Counted from the stretch's first letter, positions 5,271 to 14,782 are shown. The stretch: DNA of 39,666 nucleotides from Actinomycetota bacterium (GCA_040755895.1 JBFMAG010000028.1:1-39666), one strand, 5' to 3'. The notes: a model not told the origin generated them from the letters alone. Made by a program: numbers and translations.

Positions 5271-5528
5271 TCCGCTTTCTCTTCGTTGAAGTGCTGAATC
5301 AAAAATGGTGCACGTATCACGGAAAAACCTATCGAGGATAACAAGTCCCCTTGATGCAATCTTTGAGAAATAGCAAAAGCCACCCCATAATCCATGTAAA
5401 TTAAAACTTTCCTCCAATACAGCTAGTAGTCTTCTCCAGAAATTTCCAAGCACACTTGGAATGAAGAAAAAAGTGATTTAGAATAGTGCTAATTAACATG
5501 TGGGAAAATCCACCGGAAGTTGAGGAAG

Positions 5529-7886
5529 ATGCCGAAGAGCAGATTTCACGTCGTAGTTAAGGGAGTAGTTCAGGGGGTGGGCTTTAGACCTTTCATCTAT
5601 CAGCTTGCTCACTCGCATGAGTTAACCGGATGGGTTCTCAATTCTTCTAAAGGAGTGATCATAGAGGTAGAAGGCAAAAAGAAGGATTTGGAAGCCTTCG
5701 TCGAGGATATTGAGACCAAAGCTCCGCCCCTGGCCAGGATAGAAAGCATCGATGTGCAATCTCTTCCCCCCACGGGTTACTCTTCCTTCATCATCAAACA
5801 CAGCGTAGAGGAGCAAGAGCAATTCTTGTTGATCTCTCCGGATATCTGCATCTGCGATGATTGCCTGCGGGAATTGTTCGATCCAAATGATAGACGATAC
5901 CGATATCCCTTCATCAACTGCACAAATTGTGGTCCACGCTTTACCATCATCGAAGACATTCCCTATGACAGACCAAAGACCACCATGAAGAAATTCAAGA
6001 TGTGCCCCAAGTGCCAGGCGGAATACGATGATCCCACAAACAGGCGTTTTCACGCTCAACCGAATGCTTGTCCCAAGTGTGGACCCTCTCTTCAACTAGT
6101 GGTGAGTCGGGGGTCGGGGGTCGGGAGTGTGATTCGATGTGAGGATCCCATTACGGAGACCATCAAACTGCTGAAAGAGGGAAAGATCGTAGCCATAAAG
6201 GGGCTGGGCGGATTTCATCTGGCGTGCGATGCGGAGAACGACAAAGCCGTGGAAACCTTGAGAGTTAGAAAGAGGAGACCCGGCAAGCCACTCGCCATCA
6301 TGCTCCACGATGTGGAACAAATCAGAAAACACTGTTTGGTCTCAGAGGATGAGGAGAAGATACTCAAAAGTCCCCAGAGACCGATCGTGCTTCTCCTCAA
6401 GAAACCCGATACCTCCATCTCCCCCTTAGTGGCTCCCAATAATAACTACCTGGGGGTAATGCTTCCTTACACGCCGCTTCACTACATCCTGCTCAAGGAA
6501 TCAGGTATGGCACTCATCATGACCAGCGGGAACATAAGTGAAGAGCCCATTGCCATGGAGAATGAGGAAGCTCTGAGGAGGTTAGGGCATATCGCCGATT
6601 ATTTCCTGATGCATAACCGAGACATTTATTCGAGATACGATGACTCGGTGGTGCGGGTGATCGATGGTGAATTGATCATGATTCGGAGGGCGAGGAGTTT
6701 TGCCCCCTTTCCCATCCACCTACCCTTTAAAACCAAGGAAATTTTAGCCTGCGGACCAGAGCTTAAGAACACCTTCTGCCTGACACATGAAAATTACGCT
6801 TTCGTCAGTCAGCACATTGGGGACATGGAAAACCTGGAGACCTTCGAACATTTTGAAACCACCCTTGAACTTTACAAGAGACTTTTCAGGATCGATCCTA
6901 AGATAGTCGTCTACGACCTTCACCCCGAGTATCTCTCAACGAAATATGCTTTATCCCTAAAGGACGTAAAATTGGTGGGGGTTCAACACCACCATGCCCA
7001 CATAGTTAGCTGCATGGTAGAAAATAAAGTGAAAGATAAAGTCATTGGGATATCCTTTGATGGTTTGGGATACGGGACCGACGGCACAATCTGGGGAGGA
7101 GAAATCCTCATCGCCGATTGGAAGGAGTTTGAGCGAGTTGGTCACTTGAGATACGTCCCCATGCCCGGTGGAGTGGCTGCCATCGAAAAACCATACAGAA
7201 TGGCCTTTGGCTTCTTGTATTCATTCTTCGGTGAAGATTATAGGAATTTTAAGATTGACTTCTTAAAATTCCTCGATGAGACCGAGGTAAACATAATGAA
7301 GAGGCAAATCGATAAAAAGATTAATTCTCCCCTTACCTCCAGTTGCGGCAGATTATTCGATGCGGTTTCTTCTCTAACGAGGATCAGGGATGAAATCGAT
7401 TATGAAGGGCAAGCCGCAGTGGAACTGGAGATGATAGCGGATCCCAGCATTGAAGAAAGCTACCCCTTTGAAATCCAGACTAGGGACGAGGGACGAGGGA
7501 CGAGTATCGACTATCGACTGGTTATTGACACCAAACCAATTATCGAAGGTGTGATCAAGGACTTGGAAAATGGAGTTCCCGTGCCCCTGATAGCAGCGAA
7601 GTTCCACAACACCGTGATGGAATTCGTCTTGGATATTTGTAAGCGGATAAGAGAGCGAGAAGGTCTGAATAAAGTGGTTTTGAGTGGTGGGGTTTTTCAG
7701 AACGTTTATCTCCTAACCAATCTACCCAGAAGGCTTAAAGGGGAAGGATTTGAGGTCTTTATACAGAAAAAAGTTCCAGCTAATGATGGAGGGATATCAT
7801 TGGGACAAGTGGTGGTGGCAAACGAAATCTGCAAGGATGAAAATTTAATCCAAGGAATAGGGGAGAAAGATGTCACGGAAGGGTAA
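5529..7886 (+). CDS. hypF: [NiFe]-hydrogenase maturation carbamoyltransferase HypF
   Basis: Acylphosphatase-like VQGVGFRPF, two CxxC..CxxC zinc-finger pairs, YrdC-like KGLGGFHLACDA and a Kae1-like C-terminal half are all present. The ORF opens at TTG 5520; ATG 5529 is preferred. Confidence 0.93.
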   Translation: MPKSRFHVVVKGVVQGVGFRPFIYQLAHSHELTGWVLNSSKGVIIEVEGKKKDLEAFVEDIETKAPPLARIESIDVQSLPPTGYSSFIIKHSVEEQEQFLLISPDICICDDCLRELFDPNDRRYRYPFINCTNCGPRFTIIEDIPYDRPKTTMKKFKMCPKCQAEYDDPTNRRFHAQPNACPKCGPSLQLVVSRGSGVGSVIRCEDPITETIKLLKEGKIVAIKGLGGFHLACDAENDKAVETLRVRKRRPGKPLAIMLHDVEQIRKHCLVSEDEEKILKSPQRPIVLLLKKPDTSISPLVAPNNNYLGVMLPYTPLHYILLKESGMALIMTSGNISEEPIAMENEEALRRLGHIADYFLMHNRDIYSRYDDSVVRVIDGELIMIRRARSFAPFPIHLPFKTKEILACGPELKNTFCLTHENYAFVSQHIGDMENLETFEHFETTLELYKRLFRIDPKIVVYDLHPEYLSTKYALSLKDVKLVGVQHHHAHIVSCMVENKVKDKVIGISFDGLGYGTDGTIWGGEILIADWKEFERVGHLRYVPMPGGVAAIEKPYRMAFGFLYSFFGEDYRNFKIDFLKFLDETEVNIMKRQIDKKINSPLTSSCGRLFDAVSSLTRIRDEIDYEGQAAVELEMIADPSIEESYPFEIQTRDEGRGTSIDYRLVIDTKPIIEGVIKDLENGVPVPLIAAKFHNTVMEFVLDICKRIREREGLNKVVLSGGVFQNVYLLTNLPRRLKGEGFEVFIQKKVPANDGGISLGQVVVANEICKDENLIQGIGEKDVTEG

Positions 7887-9930
7887 AAGCTCCCAACCCA
7901 TTATATATGTCAGAACCTCAAAAGATGAAATTGAAAAGTGGGACGGGAAAAAGATCGTTGAAGCTCTGATCAGAGAAACTGACATCGAGCAAAACTTGGC
8001 CGAAAAGATAAGCCAGGAAGTGGAGGAGCAAATCATCTCCTCGAAGCTTACCACCGTTACCGCTTCTCTCATCCGAGAGCTCGTGGACACCAAATTGGTC
8101 GAGTATGGTCTCGAAGAAGCTAGGAGAAAACACGCTCGCCTAGGTGTGCCCCTCTATGATACAGAACAAGCCATCTTATACCCCAGCAAGGAAAATGCCA
8201 ACATCCCTCACAACCCCGAGGCATCAAATCTAGTCCTCGCAGAACAGATTAAGAAGCAGTTTGCCCTGGCAAAAGTCTTCTCCCAGGATGTTGCCGATGC
8301 TCATATGCGCGGAGATATTCATCTCCACGATCTAGGATATCCAGACAGACCATATTGTTCGGGGCAAAATTTGGAATACGTCAAGAAATTTGGGTTGAAA
8401 TTGCCATTCTGGGCCACCGCTAAGCCCGCCAGACACCCTGAGGTCCTTCTTGAACAGATGATAAAGATGTCCGCAGCCCTCCAGGGACATTTCGCTGGAG
8501 CCATCGGTTGGGATGCGGTGAATCTATTCTTCGCTCCTTATCTTGTGGGTTTAAGCAATAAAGAAATCCATCAACTGGCTCAGATGATGATATTCGAGCT
8601 CTCTCAGCAATCAGTGGCTCGTGGAGGGCAGACGATTTTTAGCGATCTCAACTTGTACTGGGAAGTTCCGAGGCATTTTGAGGACGTTCCCGCCATCGGG
8701 CCGGGTGGAGAATATACCGGGAAGACCTACCGAGATTACCTAAAAGAGGCACAAAAATTCATCTGGGCTCTCTTCGATGTATACAAAGAGGGAGATGCCG
8801 AAGGTAAGCCATTCTTCTTTCCCAAACCCTTGCTCCACATCACTTCAAAGTTCTTTGAGACCCCAGGACATGAAAGGTTCCTCAACCATATTTCGGAGGT
8901 GGCTAGCCTTAAGGGTAATACCTACTTCGTTTTCGACCGCGGCGATACTTACCGCATAAATGAATGTTGTAGATTGGCTTTCGAGCTCGATTCAGCCGAT
9001 TTGGCCGAGGCAAAGCAACCCTGGAAGATGAGATATTCCGCCCTGCAAAATGTATCCATCAATCTGCCGCGAGTGGCTTATCTGAGCAAGGGAAAGGAGG
9101 AAGAGCTCTTCGATAAAATTACACAACTCATGGAGCTCGCCGCCAAAGCTCATCTTCAAAAGAGAACTTTTCTCGAAAAGCTCCTAAAAATGGGCGAAAA
9201 GGGACCGCTGGCACTATTGGCCATCGAGCTCGATGGAGAACCCTATCTCCGCATGCATCGAGCCACACATCTTTTCGGCATCGTTGGATTAAATGAGCTC
9301 GTGCAGGCGCATACGGGTAAGGAACTTCATGAAAGCGAGGAGGCTCTTAAATTTGGGCTGAAGATTATCTCCCATATGAAACTCACGGCTAATAAACTAT
9401 CAAAAAAGCACGGTCTGCGCTTCGTTTTGGAGCAGACACCCGCGGAGCACGTGGCTTACAGATTTGCCACGCTGGACATGAAACACTTCCCAAAGGAAGC
9501 TTCTCGGGTCGTTAAAGGAAATATAGATTTTGGTGAAATTTACTATACCAATTCCACATACCTCAATGTGGGAGCTCCAATCGACCCCATAGAGCGCGTG
9601 ACCATTGAAGGGATGTTCCATCCCTTAATTGAAGCGGGTTGGCTCTCTCATATATGGTTGGGAGAGGCTCAACCTCCTCCGGAGTCCATCGCCAATTTCG
9701 TTACAAAGGTATTCAAAAATACTCATAACTCTCAGATAGCTTTCTCGCCCGAATTCACCTCCTGCCTTAATTGTGGAAAAATCACTCGAGGGCTCCTCGA
9801 CAGCTGCGCTCACTGTGGCTCTAAGAATATAGAGGGGATAACCCGGATCACAGGGTATTTTTCCAGAACAACCCGCTGGAATAAGGGAAAACTTGGTGAA
9901 CTCAAGGATAGACATAGGGTGACTTTATAG
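7870..9930 (+). CDS. nrdD: Anaerobic (class III) ribonucleoside-triphosphate reductase
   Basis: ATP-cone N-terminus, C-terminal zinc ribbon CLNCG..CAHCG and glycyl-radical motif TRITGYFSR..WNKGK. SD GGGGAG precedes the start. It overlaps the hypF end by 17 nt. Confidence 0.9.
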   Translation: MSRKGKSSQPIIYVRTSKDEIEKWDGKKIVEALIRETDIEQNLAEKISQEVEEQIISSKLTTVTASLIRELVDTKLVEYGLEEARRKHARLGVPLYDTEQAILYPSKENANIPHNPEASNLVLAEQIKKQFALAKVFSQDVADAHMRGDIHLHDLGYPDRPYCSGQNLEYVKKFGLKLPFWATAKPARHPEVLLEQMIKMSAALQGHFAGAIGWDAVNLFFAPYLVGLSNKEIHQLAQMMIFELSQQSVARGGQTIFSDLNLYWEVPRHFEDVPAIGPGGEYTGKTYRDYLKEAQKFIWALFDVYKEGDAEGKPFFFPKPLLHITSKFFETPGHERFLNHISEVASLKGNTYFVFDRGDTYRINECCRLAFELDSADLAEAKQPWKMRYSALQNVSINLPRVAYLSKGKEEELFDKITQLMELAAKAHLQKRTFLEKLLKMGEKGPLALLAIELDGEPYLRMHRATHLFGIVGLNELVQAHTGKELHESEEALKFGLKIISHMKLTANKLSKKHGLRFVLEQTPAEHVAYRFATLDMKHFPKEASRVVKGNIDFGEIYYTNSTYLNVGAPIDPIERVTIEGMFHPLIEAGWLSHIWLGEAQPPPESIANFVTKVFKNTHNSQIAFSPEFTSCLNCGKITRGLLDSCAHCGSKNIEGITRITGYFSRTTRWNKGKLGELKDRHRVTL

Positions 9931-9942
9931 GAGGAAACAGGG

Positions 9943-10641
9943 TTGAGATTGCAAAACCTCGTCGTAGAAGCGATCAAAACACCTTCCCTGCTTGCTTTCG
10001 GAGCCGTCTTTATCGCCGGAATAATTGTCAGTCTGGGCTCATGTGCCATAATGGAATTACCTATCCTAATTGGATATATAGGTGGGATGGGCTATTCCTC
10101 GAGAAGAAGGATATTTGCCATTACCTTACTCTTTGTTCTGGGGATGCTCACCACCTATTTAATTATAGGAATCGTCGTTGGGATGGCCAGCATGACCTTA
10201 AGCAAAATAGCTACCTTGAGTACAATTCTTTATTTAGCTATGGGAGCGGTCTCTCTCATTCTGGGACTTTACATGCTTGGCTTCATCCACCCACCCATAC
10301 CCAACCTTTCTTTGCAAAAACCTCCAAGGAGGCTGGGACTTTTGGGAGCTTATCTTCTAGGTTTGGGGTTTATCTTTTTCGAAGCACCGACCTGTCCCGC
10401 ATGCGCTCCCGCACTCATGTTAATAAGCAGTTATATGGTGACCGCTGGGAAAATCCTTTGGAGTCTCTTCCTACTTCTAACATACGTGCTTGGTCAAAGC
10501 GTGCCCATCTTGATTGCGGGAACTTTAACAGGTGTCATAAAACCCTTAACCGAGAGAGCCCATTCCTGGAAGGAATATTTTCAAATCGTTAGCAGTATTT
10601 TACTGATTCTAGTAAGTTTGGATTTATTTTGGTTGGCCTAG
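9943..10641 (+). CDS. CcdA/DsbD-family thiol:disulfide transmembrane electron-transfer protein
   Basis: Polytopic membrane protein with Cys in TM1 (SLGSCAIMELP) and a CPAC motif in TM4. SD GGAGGA lies 7 nt before TTG 9943. Confidence 0.7.
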   Translation: MRLQNLVVEAIKTPSLLAFGAVFIAGIIVSLGSCAIMELPILIGYIGGMGYSSRRRIFAITLLFVLGMLTTYLIIGIVVGMASMTLSKIATLSTILYLAMGAVSLILGLYMLGFIHPPIPNLSLQKPPRRLGLLGAYLLGLGFIFFEAPTCPACAPALMLISSYMVTAGKILWSLFLLLTYVLGQSVPILIAGTLTGVIKPLTERAHSWKEYFQIVSSILLILVSLDLFWLA

Positions 10642-10683
10642 CTTTAGAGTTAGGAGTTGGAAGTCCGGGTGTGAAAAATTCAA

Positions 10684-11268
10684 ATGGAACACAAGCACAA
10701 CAATACCGCATATAGGAGAGTCTCAAAGCGCGATAGGGTAATTATGACCTTGCTCACCATAGGGTTGGCAATTGTAGCATTGAGACCATTCGTTGCCTTC
10801 CAAAGTTTTAATCGTGCCTACTCCTTCTCTGAGAATCAAATGTACAATAAAGCAATTACCCATTATAGAAGGGCAATCCTTTTGGATCCAAAATTTAGCA
10901 CAGCCCATAGTTATCTGGCGTATTGTTACAACAAAACAGAGCAAATCGAACAAGCCATTGCCTCTTACCAACGGGCAATAGAACTCAACCCAAAGGATAA
11001 ACAAGCCCACTTGGAACTGGGTTTAATCCACTATAACCAAAAAGAGTATACCAAAGCCATAATCCATCTTGACCAAGTAGCCAAGATTGATCCACAAGAT
11101 GTCTCCACCAGAGTCTTGCTTGCTGAATGTCACGAAAGAATCGGCCAAAAGGAGAAGGCATATTCCGTTTGGAAGGAAATATTGACCATCACCCCCATTA
11201 TGATCCCGCCAAGAGGGCCTTGGAAAGACTTAAAAGATAGGAGAATGGGAAGAATTAGAAAAGAGTAG
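10684..11268 (+). CDS. Membrane-anchored TPR-repeat protein
   Basis: One N-terminal TM segment is followed by 3-4 TPR units (AITHYRRAILLDPKF.., AIASYQRAIELNPKD..). Confidence 0.75.
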   Translation: MEHKHNNTAYRRVSKRDRVIMTLLTIGLAIVALRPFVAFQSFNRAYSFSENQMYNKAITHYRRAILLDPKFSTAHSYLAYCYNKTEQIEQAIASYQRAIELNPKDKQAHLELGLIHYNQKEYTKAIIHLDQVAKIDPQDVSTRVLLAECHERIGQKEKAYSVWKEILTITPIMIPPRGPWKDLKDRRMGRIRKE

Positions 11269-11347
11269 AGTTGAGTAAGTCTAAAAGAACTGGTAGACTT
11301 AAAATACGAATTTAAGGTAAATAACTTCTCGAGTGGGGGAAATCGAT

Positions 11348-11572
11348 ATGTGCTTGGGCATACCAGCAAAGATCGTCAAAATTGACGAACGCCAAATAGC
11401 GGAGATTGAAATTGGGGGCATTATAAGGAAAGCAAGCTTGCAATTGGTTCCAGAAGCAAAGGTAGGAGATTATGTCATTGCCCATGCTGGATTTGCCATT
11501 CAAATTCTCGACGAGAAGGAGGCCCAGGAAACTCTAAAACTCCTGGAGGCATTCAGTGAAATACCTGAGTGA
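11348..11572 (+). CDS. hypC: Hydrogenase maturation chaperone HypC
   Basis: The obligatory MCLGIP N-terminus begins at ATG 11348. The ORF track starts 15 nt earlier at GTG. Confidence 0.9.
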   Translation: MCLGIPAKIVKIDERQIAEIEIGGIIRKASLQLVPEAKVGDYVIAHAGFAIQILDEKEAQETLKLLEAFSEIPE

Positions 11573-12644
11573 GTATCGAGACCCGGTCCTGGCCCAAAAG
11601 GTCATTGAAAATATCAAGAAAATCTCCCATACACCCGTCAACCTTATGGAGGTTTGTGGCACTCATACCGTTGCCATCTCCAAAAACGGGATAAGACAGG
11701 TGATGCCCAAAACGGTGACATTGCTCTCCGGTCCAGGGTGTCCCGTCTGCGTTACGGCTAATGAAGATATCGATAAGGCCATTTGGCTCGCCCGGCAATC
11801 CGGAGTTATCCTTGCAACCTTCGGTGATATGATGAAAGTCCCCGGTTCTTATTCGAGTCTTTCTGCGGAGAAGGCCGAAGGTGTAGACATAAGGGTGGTC
11901 TATTCCACCCTCGATGCTTTACAGATCGCCGATGACAATCCGGATAAAAAAGTGATCTTCTTCGGGGTGGGATTTGAAACCACCTCCCCCACCATTGCCC
12001 TCTCCATATTGGAGGCAAGAAAGCGAGGGCTCAAAAATTACTCCGTTCTGGCCCGTCATAAGCTTATTCCACCGGCAATGGCCGCGCTTCTAAGCCTTGG
12101 GGAAGTAAAACTTCATGGATTTATTTGCCCTGGGCACGTGAGTACCATCATAGGTAGTAAACCCTACAAATTCATCGCGGAAGAACACGGTATTCCCTGC
12201 GTCATTTCGGGCTTTGAGCCCTTGGATGTCCTTCAAACAATATACATGCTGGTAAGACAGGCAGAAAACGGTGAAGCTAGGGTCGAAGTGCAATATAAAA
12301 GAAGCGTTCGCTCCGAGGGAAACACAACGGCCCTGAAGATCCTCGATGAAGTCTTTGAAGTTTGCGATGCCGATTGGCGAGGCATCGGTATTATCCCAAA
12401 TAGTGGATTCAAGCTCAAGGAAGATTACTCCGACTTCGATGCGGATAAAATCTTTGATGTTGAGGTTCCTCCCCCGAAGGATGATCCTCCGGGTTGCAGC
12501 TGTGGAGAGATTTTAAGGGGGGTCAAATTTCCCTACCAGTGTAAATTGTTCGGGAAGGCTTGCACTCCTGAAAGGCCCATTGGACCATGTATGGTCTCTT
12601 CGGAAGGTGCCTGTGCAGCTTATTATCGTTACGGCACCGGGTAA
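11556..12644 (+). CDS. hypD: Hydrogenase maturation factor HypD
   Basis: Carries GPGCPVCVT and GFETT motifs and C-terminal Cys motifs. It overlaps hypC. Confidence 0.93.
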   Translation: MKYLSEYRDPVLAQKVIENIKKISHTPVNLMEVCGTHTVAISKNGIRQVMPKTVTLLSGPGCPVCVTANEDIDKAIWLARQSGVILATFGDMMKVPGSYSSLSAEKAEGVDIRVVYSTLDALQIADDNPDKKVIFFGVGFETTSPTIALSILEARKRGLKNYSVLARHKLIPPAMAALLSLGEVKLHGFICPGHVSTIIGSKPYKFIAEEHGIPCVISGFEPLDVLQTIYMLVRQAENGEARVEVQYKRSVRSEGNTTALKILDEVFEVCDADWRGIGIIPNSGFKLKEDYSDFDADKIFDVEVPPPKDDPPGCSCGEILRGVKFPYQCKLFGKACTPERPIGPCMVSSEGACAAYYRYGTG

Positions 12645-12651
12645 GGCGTTG

Positions 12652-12706
12652 GCTGGTTGGCTTGATATTTCCTGCAAATAGCGAGCTGGCAAACTAGCCA
12701 ACCAGC
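12652..12706. repeat. 11-bp perfect inverted repeat (gctggttggct / agccaaccagc) with a 33-nt loop between hypD and hypE
   Basis: Read directly from the sequence at 12652-12662 versus 12696-12706. Confidence 0.6.
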
Positions 12707-12727
12707 AAACAGATAAGTGAGGTTACA

Positions 12728-13738
12728 GTGGTGAAAGATGAAAAGATATTGTTGGCTCACGGCAGTGGTGGAAAATTGATGCACGATCTGGTGAGCCAAA
12801 TCTTTCTCAAGAAATTCCATAATCCCATCCTCGCCAAATTGGATGACATGGCCATGTTTAAATTGGGCGAAGCCAATCTGGCCTTTACCACGGATACATA
12901 CGTGGTCAGCCCCCTTTTCTTCAATGGTGGAGACATTGGCAGGCTTGCCATCTGTGGAACGGTAAATGACCTCGCGGTAAGTGGTGCCATGCCCAAATAT
13001 ATCAGCGCTGCCTTCGTCATAGAGGAGGGCTTTCCACTCTCCGATCTGGAAAAAATCCTGGATTCCATGGTTAGAGCGGCGGGGGAAGCGGGCGTGATCG
13101 TGGTTACCGGAGATACCAAGGTTGTGGAAAAGGGAGGAGCGGATAAACTATTCATCAATACCGCAGGTGTTGGAATAATTCCCGAAGGAATCAATATCTC
13201 TGGCTCGAATGCGCGAGTCGGCGACAAGGTTATCCTCTCGGGCTCCATCGGCGACCACGGAATCGCGGTGATCAGCCAAAGAGAGGGATTGGAATTTAAA
13301 ACTCAAATTAAAAGCGATTGTGCACCCCTAAATCATCTGATTGCGGAGATGCTCCAGGTGACCAGGGGGATCAGATGTCTTAGAGATCCCACGAGAGGGG
13401 GATTAGCCAGCACCTTAAATGAATTCGTTACCCAATCCAATGTGGGGATATTCATTGAGGAGCAAAAAGTTCCCATAAAGGAAGAAGTTCTTGGAGCTTG
13501 TGAAATGCTAGGCTATGATCCCTTCCACGTCGCCAATGAAGGGAAATTGGTGGCCATAGTCAATCCCGAAGATGCCGATGAAGTCGTAAAAGTGATGCAA
13601 AGAAACAAATATGGTAGGGAAGCACAAATCATAGGGGAAGTAGTTTCCAATCCTAAGGGTAAAGTTATCGTAAAAACGGCGGTTGGAGCCAGAATCCTGG
13701 ACATGCTCGTTGGTGAGCAACTGCCCAGAATCTGTTAA
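12728..13738 (+). CDS. hypE: Hydrogenase maturation carbamoyl dehydratase HypE
   Basis: AIR-synthase-like fold, an AHGSGG N-terminus and the diagnostic C-terminal PRIC. Confidence 0.93.
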   Translation: MVKDEKILLAHGSGGKLMHDLVSQIFLKKFHNPILAKLDDMAMFKLGEANLAFTTDTYVVSPLFFNGGDIGRLAICGTVNDLAVSGAMPKYISAAFVIEEGFPLSDLEKILDSMVRAAGEAGVIVVTGDTKVVEKGGADKLFINTAGVGIIPEGINISGSNARVGDKVILSGSIGDHGIAVISQREGLEFKTQIKSDCAPLNHLIAEMLQVTRGIRCLRDPTRGGLASTLNEFVTQSNVGIFIEEQKVPIKEEVLGACEMLGYDPFHVANEGKLVAIVNPEDADEVVKVMQRNKYGREAQIIGEVVSNPKGKVIVKTAVGARILDMLVGEQLPRIC

Positions 13739-13797
13739 CCTTTCACCCCAAATTTTCAAAGGTTTTAGCATCAAATATATTGAATAATGAAGAATTT

Positions 13798-13813
13798 TGT
13801 GATAAAATTCACA
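13798..13813. promoter_or_regulatory. Perfect CRP-family consensus palindrome TGTGA-N6-TCACA
   Basis: tgtgataaaattcaca lies in an AT-rich gap between convergent genes. A TATATT hexamer sits about 24 nt downstream on the + strand. Confidence 0.35.
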
Positions 13814-14035
13814 ATAAAGTAAATAGATAAATTGACTATATTGGAACAAAAATTTCTCTCACCTAAGCAAGTAGAGGTTAAAACCCTGAGTACTAAGAGA
13901 TTAATCTTTTATACCTTCATCGCCGTTTTCCTCTTGGTGCTTTTCTGGGTTTGGATCTGGTTGTTGGTTGTAATCCTATCTTAAAAACGGAGACCCATCT
14001 GGGATATTGATGGCAACGATGCAGCTCAAATGGGT

Positions 14036-14782
14036 TTACAACCCTAGTATGGATTTTAGTTTTTTGGCTTGCCTACGGCTAACCGGGATCTCACTTTCTT
14101 TGGCATCCTTCATCCGCAAAAGATAGGTTCCCCCGAACATGGGAATTATTTCTTTGACCTGATGGAGATTTACGATATATCCTCTGTGGGCTCGGAAAAA
14201 TGCTTGACCTCGAAGGCGTACCTCCAATCCCTTCAACGCAAAGGATGTGATGAAACTCTCGTGAGGCGTGTGGATGAAAGCATAATCATTTCTGGTATTT
14301 ATATATGTGATATCCTTCGTCGGGAGAAGAATGGTTTTATCTCCCCTGTGAACCGGGATTCTATCAATTTTAATGGTCTCGGGGGTAGGCAACCTTACCT
14401 CCTTCAATCGATATCCTTTCTTCCTCTCCCAAATCTTATTTATGGTTTGCGCTAATCGTTCTTCTTTGAAGGGTTTAACCAAGTAATCCAAAGCATCTAA
14501 TTCAAAAGCTTTTACAGCATGCTCACCAAAGGCTGTGACAAAAACAACGGCTGGAGAATCCGGAAGTTCTTGGAGAACTTCCGCCACATGCAGACCTGTG
14601 AGTCCGGGCATTTGAATATCCAAAAATACCACATCGTAAGTCAACGCCTTTATTAGTTCTAATGCCTCTACAGCGTTGGTGGCATCCCCAACAACTTCCA
14701 CACCTTTGATCTTTTCCAGTATGTAACGAAGCTCGGCTCTTGCCGGTGCTTCATCATCCACTATGAGTGCCTTAATCTTCAT
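14036..14782 (-). CDS. LytTR-family response regulator
   Basis: A REC domain (DDE..D..K pattern) plus a C-terminal LytTR DNA-binding domain. It overlaps the kinase gene by 4 nt. Confidence 0.88.
   Translation of the reverse strand: MKIKALIVDDEAPARAELRYILEKIKGVEVVGDATNAVEALELIKALTYDVVFLDIQMPGLTGLHVAEVLQELPDSPAVVFVTAFGEHAVKAFELDALDYLVKPFKEERLAQTINKIWERKKGYRLKEVRLPTPETIKIDRIPVHRGDKTILLPTKDITYINTRNDYAFIHTPHESFITSFALKGLEVRLRGQAFFRAHRGYIVNLHQVKEIIPMFGGTYLLRMKDAKESEIPVSRRQAKKLKSILGL

Noticed and set aside
5250-5453. 67-aa minus-strand ORF as a possible integron-integrase remnant
   Set aside because: There are no R..HxxR..Y tyrosine-recombinase motifs or IntI-like sequence. All other frames are stop-rich. 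It is probably non-coding.
12757-13248. Long antisense ORFs inside real genes (for example 12757-13248, 5622-6095, 26179-26766, 24220-24606, 15677-16111, 33281-33643)
   Set aside because: They lie opposite genes with unambiguous family motifs (hypE, hypF, asd/lysC, helicase, kinase, porB). They show Ser/Pro/Arg-rich shadow-frame composition and have no SDs.
13841-13984. 47-codon TTG-initiated hydrophobic ORF as a feature
   Set aside because: It has no SD and a non-ATG start, and the predicted promoter would start transcription at or after the start codon. Mentioned only inside the CRP-site finding.
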